Notes: generated by a model from the sequence alone, not told the origin. A DNA stretch of 64,000 nt from Chiloscyllium plagiosum (GCF_004010195.1 NC_057719.1:80453868-80517867), one strand, 5' to 3'; positions 34,313 through 46,533 are shown, counted from the stretch's first letter. Program-made: numbers and translations.

Positions 34313-35305
34313 CTTACAGCATAATGCCCTGCAGAATAAAAACTCAACACGAGTCAAACCTAGCATCCTAGGTAGCAGCACCCAAAAATTCATCAGCTTC
34401 CAAAGATGTGATGATATCTGTTCCACACCAGCACCACAGTTGAATCCCTCAATATTTTGTGGTTATCGACTGCTCGTCTGACAACCAGTCTAGAATGATC
34501 CACAATTCCATGCTATTAAGTGCTATTAAATGCTGGGAAGACCAAAACTACCTTTAAGCTTTGAAGTGGCCCATGTGTGCCTCAAAGCAGAATCCTACCA
34601 GGCCCTGAATGACATGGCATACAGTGGGAACTTTGGGCAAGAGAAGTCAGCCAGACCCAGCCCAACATCAGGAACAACTATCTGCACTTTCCAACATAGC
34701 TCCAGGCATTGATATGAGATTCTCACTCAGGAGTGGTGAGATGCCAATTAACAAATGATTTCTCATGATTATCCTCATTAACACTGAACCTTACCTCATT
34801 AATATGCACAGTCCTATTGAACCACGCAGTGGATAGGAACTAACCACCAGCAGTTCCTGACGTGAAAGGTACTGCTTGCCACTTGCTCAGCTGGACCTGC
34901 ATCTTGGACACCTGGCATCAATGTCTCTAGGACTACGCCCGCATGCACCCCTTGCCCTCAGACACTGGCAACTGCCATGTGCCAGCCTCGCTGTGCCATT
35001 GTGATACATCACCATTGTGATACGCTGCTGTACCGCGAAGCTGTAATTCAGAACGCAGCAACATCTCTCATTGTAATGCTGCAGCAAGGACACTGTGCAT
35101 ACAGGGGCTGGCATCCAGCTCACAGACTGCACCAGGCCCGGCTGCTAACTTTGTGTCAACCTGGTTTCTCACAGCCTCCTTGTCTTTGCAGCTTTGCGCA
35201 CCCCGCCCAGAGTTTAACAGCTTCCAGTTTTGTTGTCTTGTCTTGCTGTTTAGTGCCGACATGAAGCCAGACAGCTTGCAGTTGAGGGAGTGGACATGTT
35301 AATGT

Positions 35306-35410
35306 GGTCCTCGGATTTTGCCTGTCCTCGGATGCTGCCTGAATTGCTGTGCTCTTCCAGCACCACTAATCCAGAATCTGGTTTCCAGCATCTGCAGTCA
35401 TTGTTTTTAC
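35306..35410 (+). mobile_element. PLE terminal-repeat insertion with 11-bp TSD
   Basis: cctcggatgctgcctgaattgctgtgctcttccagcacc...ccagcatctgcagtc; TSD catgttaatgt at 35295-35305 and 35411-35421. Confidence 0.88.
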
Positions 35411-35656
35411 CATGTTAATGTATGGCACATTGTCCAATCAAACTCAACCCTGTACCACGTGTCAGCTGCATACACCCTACACCCTCTCCAGTACAATAAT
35501 TGCCTTCCTAAAATGTGCTGTCCAGAACTGCATGTAGAACTCTAGTTGTAACCTAACCATATATTTCCAGCAGAATCTCCTTGCTCTTGTGTGCTAGACT
35601 AATAAAGGCCAGAATCCCAATGTGACTTCTTCACCACATTGTCTACCTGCCTTGCT

Positions 35657-35791
35657 ACCCTAACACGAACCCTAACAACAACCCTAAATCTAATCCTAAC
35701 ACAAACCCGAACGCTAACCCTAACACTAAACCTAATACTAACCCGAACCCTATCCCGGACCAAAACCCTCATGCTAACACCTTAACCCTAA
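35657..35791. repeat. Degenerate (CCCTAA)n interstitial telomere-like tract
   Basis: Hexamer periodicity with several exact ccctaa units and variants (cactaa, cccgaa, tcctaa). Confidence 0.8.
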
Positions 35792-37207
35792 TGTTATCAC
35801 AGCAGACCCTGAGGGTGCTGGACCAACCTGTTGATGGAGGCAGCCAGATGTTCACACGCCTGAGACGCAGGCCCTCGGGCATTGTTACCCTCCCACAGCT
35901 GCTGCACTGGAATGGCCATTGCTCTCCACAAAGCTGCCTGTCTGTGTGTGTGTGCGTCCCTGATTAAAGATACCACGGGCTCCTCGCCTGCTTGGGGCTG
36001 AGCAGGTACCTAGTCTCTGGCAGTCCTCTGAGTGCCAGCGACCTGGGGCATTTATTCCTGGGCCAGCTGCAGAGATGTGGCAGTGAAGTGCTGACCTGCA
36101 TGTGCTACCACCTTAAATCTAAATATAGTATCCACTGTGGTGTCGGTATCTGAGGTGATGGAGGTAGCTTTGGCAGTGCATCCCCTGAGGGATCTGTGGG
36201 TGGAGGAGGGGATGTGTGCTAGTGAGACCCTTTTGCCCACCGAGACAGTGGAAGATACAAAAGAGAGAGGAGGTGTTACAGCTAAAGGCTATAAGTTCTG
36301 ATTGATGTAAACTCCATTGACAATTGGAGTCAATGTTAGAAGCACATTGCAAGGAATGTGGCATCTTGCTCTGTTGGTAGGACAGCACCTTATAAGGGGA
36401 TGAGGAAATGGATGTCAGGATTCCCACCATCTATCCATGCTCTTTTGGCTGTTAATGGGGCAATTCGCTCCTGGAATGAGGGAAAGAGAGGGATTGATTG
36501 AAATGAAGATGGGTGGTGCAAGTCTTGGTGCTGGTGGGGGAAATGGGTGAGGAGTCACGAGTGAGTGAGTGAGATGGCAATACAAAGACCATGCTGGGGC
36601 AGTCGGGTTGGGGTGGGTCAGAGTGAGTGATGGAGGAAACCATGAGAGGGACGGGAAATGAGCCTTGATGGGAGGTAGGTGTGATAACGAGTGTGAGGCG
36701 ATAGAAAGGATGGTGGCACTTATCCACGCGGAGCGTTGAATTTCCAAATTTACTGGGCATTCTGCTGAGAGTTGAACCTGTATTGACCCAGGTAGGGAGC
36801 TCAGACCAGGCTTCCAGGTTCTGGGGTGGTTGCCTCCTCTGGTAGTCCTGGGGGAACAGAATGGCCTACACTACACCATAACAGCATGCCCACCATCCAG
36901 GGCAGCTCCAAAGTGTCAGTGTGCACAATAGTGTTTTAAAGATGGCCCGTAATGCCAGTCCACTCAATGATAAGAAGCCAGTAGTGAGTTCTCCCAGCCA
37001 CAATGACCGGAAGAGCCATTCTCACAACAGGGATGGAAGGGGAGCCCTAGGGGCAGGTAGTTAACAAGACAAGTCTTTGCGAGAAAACTCACTGGGCCTT
37101 GAGGGGGGGGGGAACTCTCCATGAAACCCGCTAAAATAACAAGTTGTCAAAATATTGTAAGATTCAGCACTTGGTATTGTTCAACCGTTCTCTGATCGTG
37201 TTCAACA

Positions 37208-37333
37208 TAGTATTAGGTGAAGGGGTAAATGTAGGGGAATGGGTCTGGGTGGGTTGCTCTTCGGAGGATCAGTGTGGACTTGTTGGGCCGAAGGGCCCGT
37301 TTCCACACTGTAAGTAATTTAATCTAATCTAAT
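37208..37333 (+). mobile_element. 3' part of an HE1-type SINE
   Basis: gggtctgggtgggttgctcttcggagg...gggccgaagggcc.gtttccacactgt, (taatc)n tail. Confidence 0.85.
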
Positions 37334-37454
37334 CTCACTCCATTCACTCATTCACACCTTCTGCATATCACTGAGACCGGCCTGACGTGGCCATTCTCTC
37401 GGATGGAAGGCAAGAGGTCAGCACAACGTTTTTTTGTAGCTTTCCAAGACTTTA

Positions 37455-37986
37455 CTTCAGCCACACTTCGAATACTGCGTGCAATTCTGGTCACCGCATT
37501 ACAGGAAGGATGTGGAGGCTTTGGAGTGGGTGAAAATGAGGTTTACCAGGATGCTGCCTAGATCAGAGGGGATCAGCCATAAGGAGAGGCTAGAAAAACT
37601 CAGGTTGTTTTCTCTGGAGCAGCAGGAGGCTGAGGGGAGACTTGATAGAAGTCTGTAAAATGATGAGATGCGTAGATAGGGTTGACAGAATTTTTTTTCC
37701 CAGACCTTGTCCTAGGGGACAAGGTAAGAGGATGAATGTTCAAAGGAGATGTGAGGGGTAAATTGTTTACACAGAGAGTGGTAGGAGTGAGGAATAGGCT
37801 GCCAGGGGTGGTGGTGGAGGCAGTTACGATGGGGCATTTAAGGGGCTTTTAGATAAGCACATGAGTATGCAAGCAATGGAGGGATATGGACCAAGAGCAG
37901 GCAGAAGGGATTAATTTAATTTGGCGTCATGTTCGGTACAACATCCTGTCCGTTCCTGTGCCATACAGTTCTATGTTCTATGCTCT
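37455..37986 (+). mobile_element. CR1 LINE 3' end
   Basis: gaatactgcgtgcaattctggtcaccgcattacaggaaggatgtgg; (ttctatg)n tail. Confidence 0.92.
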
Positions 37987-38169
37987 AACATAATGTTACA
38001 AACCAAGTCTAGAGAAGTGCATTGTCCGTGGGCGAAGGGGATGTTGATTTACCTGCAAGACACAAGAGACAGACAGCCTTGCAGCCAGTGGTTAGAAGGG
38101 ATGGATGACAAAGAACAAGAGTAGGTCATTTGGCCCTTCGACCCTGCTCCACCATTCTATAAGGTCATG

Positions 38170-39160
38170 GCAGACACTGACAGCGTCGTCAAAAGCAGAG
38201 TGGCAGTGGCGTGGGGAGTGGCAGGACCTGGAGGTTTCTGCATCCCTGGTCAGCTCCCAGAAGATCCAGGACTGTCCCTGTGCTTTGGGAAGGTGGGGGG
38301 GAGTAATGATGAGGATCTGAATCAGGCATGAAGATGCCTTGACCTGTATCAACAGAAAGCAGGAGAGGGGGAAGGTGTTGAAGGGAGGGATTGTGTGAGA
38401 TGACAGTAGGCGGTATGGATTTAGTCTTGGTGCGTATGGGGGAAAGGCGATGAGGTGTTCCAAGGATGTGAGGAGGCAGGAGTGGAGGGCATGCAGTGTA
38501 GGTGAGAGCGACTGAGGGAAGGCATGGCAGTGAGAGTGGTAGAGATCTTGGTGGCAATGGGGGCATGGGGTGGGGTGCATGTAGTGACAGAGATGAAGTG
38601 AGGGTGAGGTGGCAGAGAGACGAGTGTGGCTTTTACCCTGGCAGAGAGGAGAAGGCCATTCGACATCTCTCCATGCCACCAATCCAGATGGCACCCCTCA
38701 GGCTGGGCTGGCACCGTCCAGTGGACAAACAATCCCCGCTGACCTCCAGGAAGAGGGCACTGTGTCCCGGTCAGAGAATTGCGATGTCAACTTGCCCCTC
38801 CTCAGCCATGTTCCGACTCTGCCCTTGACTGAGGGCAGGGCAGCTTCTGGATGCCAGTGTGCTCTCGACCATGAGTCCAACAGCCTTTTCACGGTGGCAA
38901 GGGGTGGGGGGGCAGTGGCACCAGGGATGATGGGTCTTGTTGCACATCTCCGCTGAGTAGCGAATTGTTCTGGAGAATGGTAAGGATGGCATGCAGATCA
39001 GACACGGGGAATGCCATAGATCTGTGGCTTGTAATTAACGGAGCGGGTTTGGTAAGATAGGGCAGGAAAATCCGTGAGGCCTCATGGGGAACCTCCCCCA
39101 ACCCCCCCCCCCCCACTGTCCACATCTCCGGCTGAACAAAAGAAACATAAAATTCACTGC
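38170..39160 (-). mobile_element. Second decayed Harbinger-like fragment (Myb/SANT remnant)
   Basis: Minus strand RGKLTSQFSDRD...CPLDG...NGLLLSAR/V followed by a pyrimidine-rich intron-like tract, the same layout as 36400-36870. Confidence 0.55.
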
Positions 39161-39886
39161 ATTGTCTCTTCAACAAAGCCTTAGTGACTGAGTGAACTCA
39201 AGTTGAGAAATATTTTGTAACACTTTTGATGTGTTCACCCCATAGCAAAACGAATAAAAAATTGATGTCCCGGGAGTTTCTCCAACTGTCTAACATAAAA
39301 CGAAACCTGTATTAAAAAGCAGGAAAGGAATCAGCACCTGTGGGGAGATAAATCGAATGGATTATTCAGAACTGTAGAAAGTCAGAGAAGTAGCAATTCT
39401 ACAGCAAGTGCAGAGGCAGGAAGAGAGGGGAGGATGAATAAAAAAAGGCACAGTCAGTGACAGATGAGAGGGCAGGAGTTCATCAATGGCATGAGGAGCG
39501 ATGGTGTAAGGCAAAAGGAAGCAGTAATTAGACAAAAAAAAGGTTGCTCTAGGATCATGGTCTCCGACGCGTACGTAGCAGAATCTCTGGTAGTCGATCT
39601 CATTGCCCTCGTGCTTCCTCACTGATTGTCGACTTCGGGAAATTGCGCGGCTAGAAAACTTGCATGATTGGGTACCGACAATGCCCATCGCTCCAGGTAG
39701 CACTGTCCGGACACTTGGAGGCCGGACATCCGTCTTGCAGGAGGAATTCCTATGGGACATTCCCTCTCCAGGGGTCCCAATGGCAGTCACAAAATGGCCG
39801 CCAGTGAGTTTGCTGTTGGCACTCTATTTAGTGAACCTGTCCTCCATTGCACCCATTAAATTCTGATCATAAGTTACAGCCTCCAA

Positions 39887-41111
39887 GAGCTGAATCTTAT
39901 GATACTTCAGCTGAGCACCATTTTTGTAAAGATTCCTATCTGTCAGGATGAGTGAGTTTCCTCTTGCTATCATCCACAAAGCCGCCTCATTGACTAATTA
40001 CCCCAGCCCCTGGCACACTCTCCGCCACCTACCACCACCCAATGCTAGCTGGATTCCATCATTCACTGTAACTCACTCCTGCTGAGAATCCCAGAATAGA
40101 CTGGCATCCTTGGTGTTGGCACCAACTTGGAGGTCCAGCAATCCAGACAGTCAAATGTTGGCAATCCAGAGTTGCCCTTCTCTGTCAATGTAGTGGTACA
40201 GCAGCCAAATACCAGCGCCTCTCATGGAATTAGGGGGAGGAGATGGCCTAGTCGTAATATCGATGGACTGTTAATCCAGAGACCCAGGTAATGTCCCGGA
40301 GATCCGAGTTTGAATCTCCTGTCATGGCAGATAATGGAGTTTGAGTTCAACTTTTTAAAAAATCTGGAATGAAGAGTCAAGCGATGACTCTAAATCCGTT
40401 GCTGATTGTCAGGAAAATCCCATCTGGTTCACTAACACCCTTTAGAGGAGGAATCCTTACTTGGTCTGGCCTACATGTGACTCCAGACCCTCTAGGCAAT
40501 AAACGCTGGCCTAGCCAATGATGCCTTCATTCCATGAATGATTTTTTAAAAAGGTTGACACTTCCCTGAACATATAACAGCACATTCCAACTTCGATCAC
40601 TGGATAACCACCAGGAAACACAATTCACTGTCCATAACTCCATTCCATCTTACGACCCACTCTCACTATAGGCTAGCACCTTATTGTTGTTCATTGTAGA
40701 GCTTTAATGGACAGAGAAGACTGCAAATCATGTAAAAATATTAGCTTTTATCCAAAGGATGCATAAAAGAGGCATCACTCAAACAATCATGCTCCCCGGC
40801 ATGCAGACAAACTGTTGACATGCTGTGCAACAAGTATCTTGTGGGTACTGAGTCATCACTGCTCTCAGCTCTTATCTACTGGAACCTGATGTCAGTTGAG
40901 CTCTGATTGGTTTGTTAGTCCTGATGCTGGAGCACTCTATCACCAAGAGGATGATATCCTCCTTGGGAGACTGCGGCCACTCCTCAGTATCCAAGAGTTC
41001 CCGTCTTGGCTTGCTTTGGTTGTGCGGAGCACAGCCTGCTAGGCCTGGGCAGGAATGCCATGAAAAGCTCTCCTAGACTGGTCGTATCCTAAGTATTGTA
41101 AGATTCAGCCC
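39887..41111. mobile_element. TIR-bounded non-autonomous DNA transposon (Harbinger-like)
   Basis: gagctgaatcttatgatactt (39887-39907) against the reverse complement of aagtattgtaagattcagccc (41091-41111): 18/21 identical. Confidence 0.75.
40236..40552 (+). mobile_element. tRNA-derived SINE (second family) nested in the TIR element
   Basis: gatggcctagtcgta...taatccagagacccagg...ggtctggcctacatgtgactccagaccc...ggcaataaacgctggcctagcc. Confidence 0.85.
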
Positions 41112-41849
41112 TCAAAGCTATAACTTTGACAGCAGCCAGGAGTTGAACAGAAAATTACGTGGAAAATTTGGATTTCAATCTGGCCGAGATTTAAGAATAA
41201 GCAAGTCAGACAAGTTACTTTCAGGAGACCCATTGACTGCTCTACCACAATCCCAGCTTAAGAATGGGCTGCATTGCATCTGCATTTGGCCTCAGTTGCA
41301 TAATGGGGTCATCTGGCCATGGTCACAGAAGGTGTCACTTGTCCTCAGTAATCTTGCTTGTGAGGCATCTATCCCTTCAGCAGATTCTCCAGGATGTAGG
41401 AGTCATGCTCGCTCCCAACGTACCCAAATCAAACCTCGAAGAACTGATGGGTTGACTTCCTATTCTCTTGATAGACTCTGCTGCATCGGGGTTAGTCACC
41501 GAATCCTCCATCCCAGGCTAGGGCACTGACACAGGGAAGGACATGAAGAGCTGTGATCAGCCACAAATGACAATGATGCACTTGTGGGTGGACAACGGAG
41601 AGATCTCACACAGTCTCCCCCACCGCCCTCCTCCCTGTGGCTCCCTGGAGCCTACACCTTTGATACCACTGCCATCTTGCTAGTTACCAGGAGAGAATGG
41701 CTGCCCACTCCTTAGGTCAGCTACGACAATGGCAATGATGAGCCCTGCTGAAGCTGGGTGGGTCAGTCATGCTCACAGTGCAAGAAACAAAACCAGTTCT
41801 TTGCAATGAGATGGGCCATGCCTTACAAATGGCACTGGTCAGGGACAGG

Positions 41850-42622
41850 AGGGTTTGACTATGAGTGAGGCAGGTAGAGATCCAGGAGGCAGTGCTGAAG
41901 ATGCGATAGCCTTGAGCCCTTCTAAAGGATTTCTGTTTGGTTGAGAGCAGGGGCGAGAGGCAGGATGAGCAAACTGACCATAGCACCGTGGTACAGGGAG
42001 TACCACGGAAAAAAGAGAATCGGAATTGTACAGGGAAAAAAGAGAATTGTAATTGTAATTGGGGCTAGTATAGTCAGGGAACAAACACTGTTCTCACTGC
42101 CAGGACTAAGGGCGCTGAAGGCTGCATTGCCTGGTGTCTAGGTTCAGGATATTATGAGTGACATTAATCTCCATGACAACTAGGTTAATCAAATTAGGAA
42201 GGGTATCTATGAAAACTAATTCATAGGGTACATTAGGGATAGTTTCCTTGAGCAATATGTTATGGAGCTGACCAGGCAGCAAGCCATCTTGGATCTATCA
42301 ATGGGTAATGCATGCAATGTGTCCAGGAAGCTCTTCTAACTCAGTATGTAGATAGTCCGACCAGAGGGGAGGCCATATTGGATTTGGTACTCGGTAACGA
42401 ACCAGGACAAGTGATGGGCTTGTTAGTGGGTGAGCATTTTGGTGATGGTGACCACAATTCTGTGACTTTCACCTTGGTTATGGAGAGAGATAGGTGCATG
42501 CAACAGGGTAGGTTTTACAATTGGGGGAAGGGTAAATACGATGCTGCAAGACAGGATCTGAGGAGCATAAATTGGGAGCATAGGCTGTCAGGGAAGGATG
42601 TCATTGAAATGTGGAATTTTCT
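41850..42622 (+). mobile_element. CR1 ORF1 and endonuclease fragments
   Basis: RIVIVIGASIVR (GDSL esterase-like); CVQEALLTQYVDSPTRGEAILDLVLGNEPGQV...GEHFGDGDHNSV. Confidence 0.88.
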
Positions 42623-42624
42623 TG

Positions 42625-42965
42625 AACTCGTGTCCCCTAGCAATTGACCCTTCGACCTTGAGAAAAAGCCTCATACTTTCCACTCTATCCATGCCATTCA
42701 CAATCTTATAAAGTTTGACCAGGTCGCCCATCGGCTTCCTGCATTCCAGTGAAAACAAATCAACTCTATTCAACCTTTCCTCACAGCTAAAATCCCCCAT
42801 ATCAGGCAACATCCTGGTAAACCTTTTCTGTTCCCTCCCCAAAGATTCACCCTTCTTCTGAGAATGTGGTGACCAGAACTGTACGCAATATTCCCAGTGT
42901 GGCCTAATGAAAGTTCTGTAAAGCTGCAGCATAACCTGCCTATCCTTATACTCAATGAATAAAAA
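42625..42965 (-). mobile_element. CR1 LINE 3' fragment
   Basis: IEYKDRQVMLQLYRTFIRPHWEYCVQFWSPH. Confidence 0.92.
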
Positions 42966-43189
42966 CAAATCACTTTAGAACCATTCTGGTAAATACAGTA
43001 CATAGTTTGAAACAAATTGACATTTATAGCCTTTGATATGACAATTGTTGTGAGATTTGAAAATTCATTAATTGGCTATGGAGTATTTTGAGACGTCCTG
43101 AATTTACTGCTACACTTCCCAACACTACAATGTGACCGCACTTCTGAAGGACTGAATTGGCTGTCCAGAGCTCTGTATTGGTGAAACTT

Positions 43190-43990
43190 GGGGCAAAAAT
43201 AGGCCATTCAGTCCTTCCAGCCTGTTCTTCCGTTTCACATAGTCATTGTGTGATAACTATGTGATCTGCTTGTATTGCTCACAAGACAAAGCTTTCCACT
43301 GTGTCCCGGTACATGTGACAATAAATTCAATTCAATTCATTGTCTCTTAAACATAAAAATCCATCTCTTTCTTGAATATAATCAGCAACTTGGAATCCAC
43401 AGCTTCTTGTGGTCACACACTTCACAGACTGACCAGCCTCTGCATGAAGAAATATTTCCTCATCTTAATCCTCAATGGCCTAACAACCTGTCCTCAGACT
43501 GTGTCCTCTGGTTTTAAACTCCCCAACCTGGGAAAATATCCTCCCTACAATCTAAACCCCAGAACAGTGAGCTGTCAGTCCTGTTCATGTTTCAGCCAAG
43601 TTTCTGTAAAAGCTCTGAAATCCCAATCCCATGTACTTAAACACACTCTGAGTTTATCAGCCTTATCTGGAAGACCCCTTGCACTGAAATAAATGCAATT
43701 TCGTTCTTCAGAGTTACAATGTACCCTGATTCTCTCTTTTCTTTCTTTTCTAATTGGTGTGCTCTCTTCACATTCAGAACCTTCCCCACCAACCTTTCTA
43801 TTTACGCCATGACTTGTAATTCCTCCACTCTCCTCTCTATCTGTATAAAGTCTCTTTGGGTGGAACGAGCAAAGCTCCCTGCTAAGATATGGGTCCCTTT
43901 CCAGCTCGGGTAAGACCTATCCTCTTTGAACAGGTCTTTTCTGTCCCAGAGGAGACTCCAATGTGTGCAACTGGACTTGAAATCATACAG
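43190..43990 (-). mobile_element. Decayed CR1 fragments (3' end and ORF1 piece) with a Rex1-type tail at 43250-43340
   Basis: taggccattcagtcc, ctctgcatgaagaaatatttcctcatc; LWDRKDLFKEDR...GTHILAGSFA (esterase C-terminus). Confidence 0.65.
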
Positions 43991-44058
43991 AACTGAGATT
44001 CCAGACAACATCTATGTTGATCTTAGCTGGGCAGTTGTAGGGGTGGCACAAGTTGAAG

Positions 44059-44277
44059 GAAAAATTGAGGACTGCAGATGCTGGAGATCAGAGTCAAAAA
44101 GTGTGGTGCTGGAAAGGTGTGGTACTGTGGTCAGGCAGCATCCGAGGAGCAGGAGAGTCGACGTTTCAAGCATAAGCCTTTCATCACATTCACGGTGAAG
44201 AGCTTATGCTCAAAACATCGACTCTCCTGCTCCTCGGCTGCTGCCTGACTGGCTGTGCTTTTCCAGCACAACACTAC
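44059..44277. mobile_element. PLE fold-back insertion with near-perfect 15-16 bp TSD
   Basis: Inverted copies of the terminal repeat; TSD gtggcac(a)agttgaag at 44043-44058 and 44278-44292; stem II variant gagc-ttat-gctc. Confidence 0.88.
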
Positions 44278-44789
44278 GTGGCACAGTTGAAGTCAACCTT
44301 CCTGAGGTAGAACAGGTAAGTGTTTGCACTTGATGCGGATAACTGGTCCCGTCTTGGAAACTGGTTTCTGCTGAGCACAGACGAGAGCATGATTTGAGGT
44401 GGGAACTTGACTGTCAGAAAAAGCTCCCAAGAAGCAGCTCCAAAGGAATTTTGAAGTCTGGCAGCACTGAGGGACTTGCATCTCAGCAAGTGCCTTCAGC
44501 TTTGAGCCAAGGGGGAAGTGGGTGGAAGTGTGGACAAGCCCCTGATCTCTCCTCGTGATGCTCTCTTGGGTGCAAAGCTCACCACCTCTTCTTGAAAGTG
44601 GTCCCTTTGAAGACAGGTGCAGGCAGCAGCCGCTTGAGTTCCTCCTCTTCACCCCCCCCTCCATTAGCCCTCCCCACCATCACCAACGACATCTGCCAAC
44701 ACGGATGAGGTTGGAGACGATGTGGTTTTGCCAAGAGGCTCCTTCACCTCATCCCAACAACAGTCTACTCACTCTCACTGGATGTCATT

Positions 44790-45246
44790 TCTCTGCTTTG
44801 CAGAGAAGATTTACCAGGATGTTGCCTGGAATGGAGCGGAAGTCGTACGAGGGTAGGTTGAGAGTTCTCGGCCTTTTCTCGTTGGAACGGCGAAGGATGA
44901 GGGGTGACTTGATAGAGCTTTATAAGATGATCAGAGGAATAGGTAGAGTAGACAGTCAGAAACTTTTTCCCCGGGTACAACAGAGTGTTACAAGGGGACA
45001 TAAATTTAAGGTGAAGGGTGGAAGGTATAGGGGGGGATGTCGGGGTGGGTTCTTTACCCAGAGAGTGGTGGGGGCATGGAATGCGCTGCCTGTGGGAGTG
45101 GCAGAGTCAGAATCATTGGTGCCCTTTAAGCGTCAATTGGATAGGTACATGGATATGTGCTTAAGCTAGGACAAATGTTCGGCCGAAGGGCCTGTTCTGT
45201 GGGCCGAAGGGCCTGTTCTGTGCTGTATTGTTCTATGTTCTATGTT
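44790..45246 (+). mobile_element. CR1 LINE 3' end
   Basis: LQRRFTRMLPGMERKSYEGRL...FFTQRVVGAWNALP; short tandem duplication ggccgaagggcctgttctgt at 45181-45221. Confidence 0.93.
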
Positions 45247-45249
45247 TGA

Positions 45250-46195
45250 TAAGTGACCTCTGAGTAAAAGATTCCCTTGGAAGTAGTGATCATAACAGTG
45301 ATAGAATTTAATATTCAGATCAAGAGTGAGAAACTTGGGTTGGAAACAATTAGACCATAAGACCATAATACATAGGAGTGGAAGTAAGGCCATTCGGCCC
45401 ATTGTGTTTGACTTAAATAAAGGGAATTTCAATGAAATGATAGTTAGCTAAAGTGACGTGGGTGGATAGATTAGTAGGAATGACAGTAAGCAAGCAGTGG
45501 CAGACATTTAGGGAGATAATTCATGACTCAGCAAAATATGTCCCAGTAATCAGGAAGGATTTATGGAAGGGGTAAACCAACCATGGCTAACCAAGGAAAC
45601 TGAGGAGAGTATTAATCTGAAAGAGAAAACATATAAGGAGGCCAAGGTTAGTGATAGCGCTAAAGACTGGGATAAATTCAGAATCTAGCACAGGAGGACT
45701 AAAATGATAATAAAGGCAGAGAAAGTAAACTATGAGGGCAAACTAGTGAGGAACATAAAAACTGACAATGAGACTTAGGTTAAATATATTAACAAAGAGG
45801 GAATCAAAATGAACATAGAAAATGAACAAGAGGGATACAAACAGTTTATATATAGATACTAATCGGTTATGTAAGTGGGAAAAAGTTGGCAAATGAAGTG
45901 TAATGTGGGCAGATGTGAAGTTTGGCAGAGAGAACAAAATAACAAAATAAATGGTGAAACACTGCAGAAAACATGCGACACAAAGGGACTTGGGGATACT
46001 TGTGCATGAAACACAGAAAGCCAACATACAGGTGCAACAGGTAACCAGGAGGGTTCATGGAGCGTTAGCCCATTTTTCAAGGAGGGTTGGTGGCTAAGAG
46101 TAAGGAAGTCTTATTGCAACTGTACCAGGTGCTGATGAGACCATAACAGGAGTATCATGAGCATTTTTGGGTCCCCCTATTTAAGGAAAGACCGA
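45250..46195 (+). mobile_element. Old CR1 (endonuclease end to RT, internally deleted)
   Basis: agtgatcataacagtgatagaattt (SDHN-like), ccaaccatggctaaccaagga (QPWLTK), ttggcaaatgaagtgtaatgtgg. Confidence 0.8.
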
Positions 46196-46227
46196 GTTTT
46201 GAAAAATAAGGAAAGCTTTAATTCTGA

Positions 46228-46533
46228 GATGATAATGCTTGAGTCAGATGTTAAACCCAAGAGCCTGAACGTTCCATTGGGTGTGTACCAGATCCTGCAG
46301 TAACAGTTCAAAGAAAAGATTGATCTCCCAAGCCAATATTTATATTTCAACTAGAGTTACTAACATCAAGATAACTAGCTACTCATTTCATTTGTGTCTA
46401 TATGAAATTTTGGTGAACAACTCGGCTTCTGCGTTTCTTCCATTACAATAACAACCACATCTCAAGTGCACTTCATTGCAACTCATGTTGGACATCTGTA
46501 AAAGGCACTCTACAAATGCAAGTCTTTTTTTTT
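46228..46533 (+). mobile_element. Deu-domain SINE, decayed
   Basis: agatgttaaacc, gccaatatttat, ggcttctgcgtttcttccattacaa, aaaggcactctacaaatgcaagtcttt. Confidence 0.7.

Larger units (their letters stand above)
34437..37170 (-). mobile_element. Decayed PIF/Harbinger-like DNA transposon with Myb/SANT-like exon
   Basis: Imperfect TIRs cagttgaatccctcaatatttt (34437-34458) and aaaatattgtaagattcagcac (37149-37170). Minus strand about 36866-36730 reads AILFPQDYQRRQPPQNLEAWSELPTWVNTGSTLSR/NAQ*IWKFN. Confidence 0.7.

Noticed and set aside
38092..38694. 200-aa His/Pro/Ser-rich ORF
   Set aside because: Translation of a pyrimidine-rich tract within a Harbinger-like relic; overlapping ORFs exist in most frames.
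44555..45169. 204-aa ORF
   Set aside because: Chance fusion of low-complexity sequence with a CR1 C-terminus.
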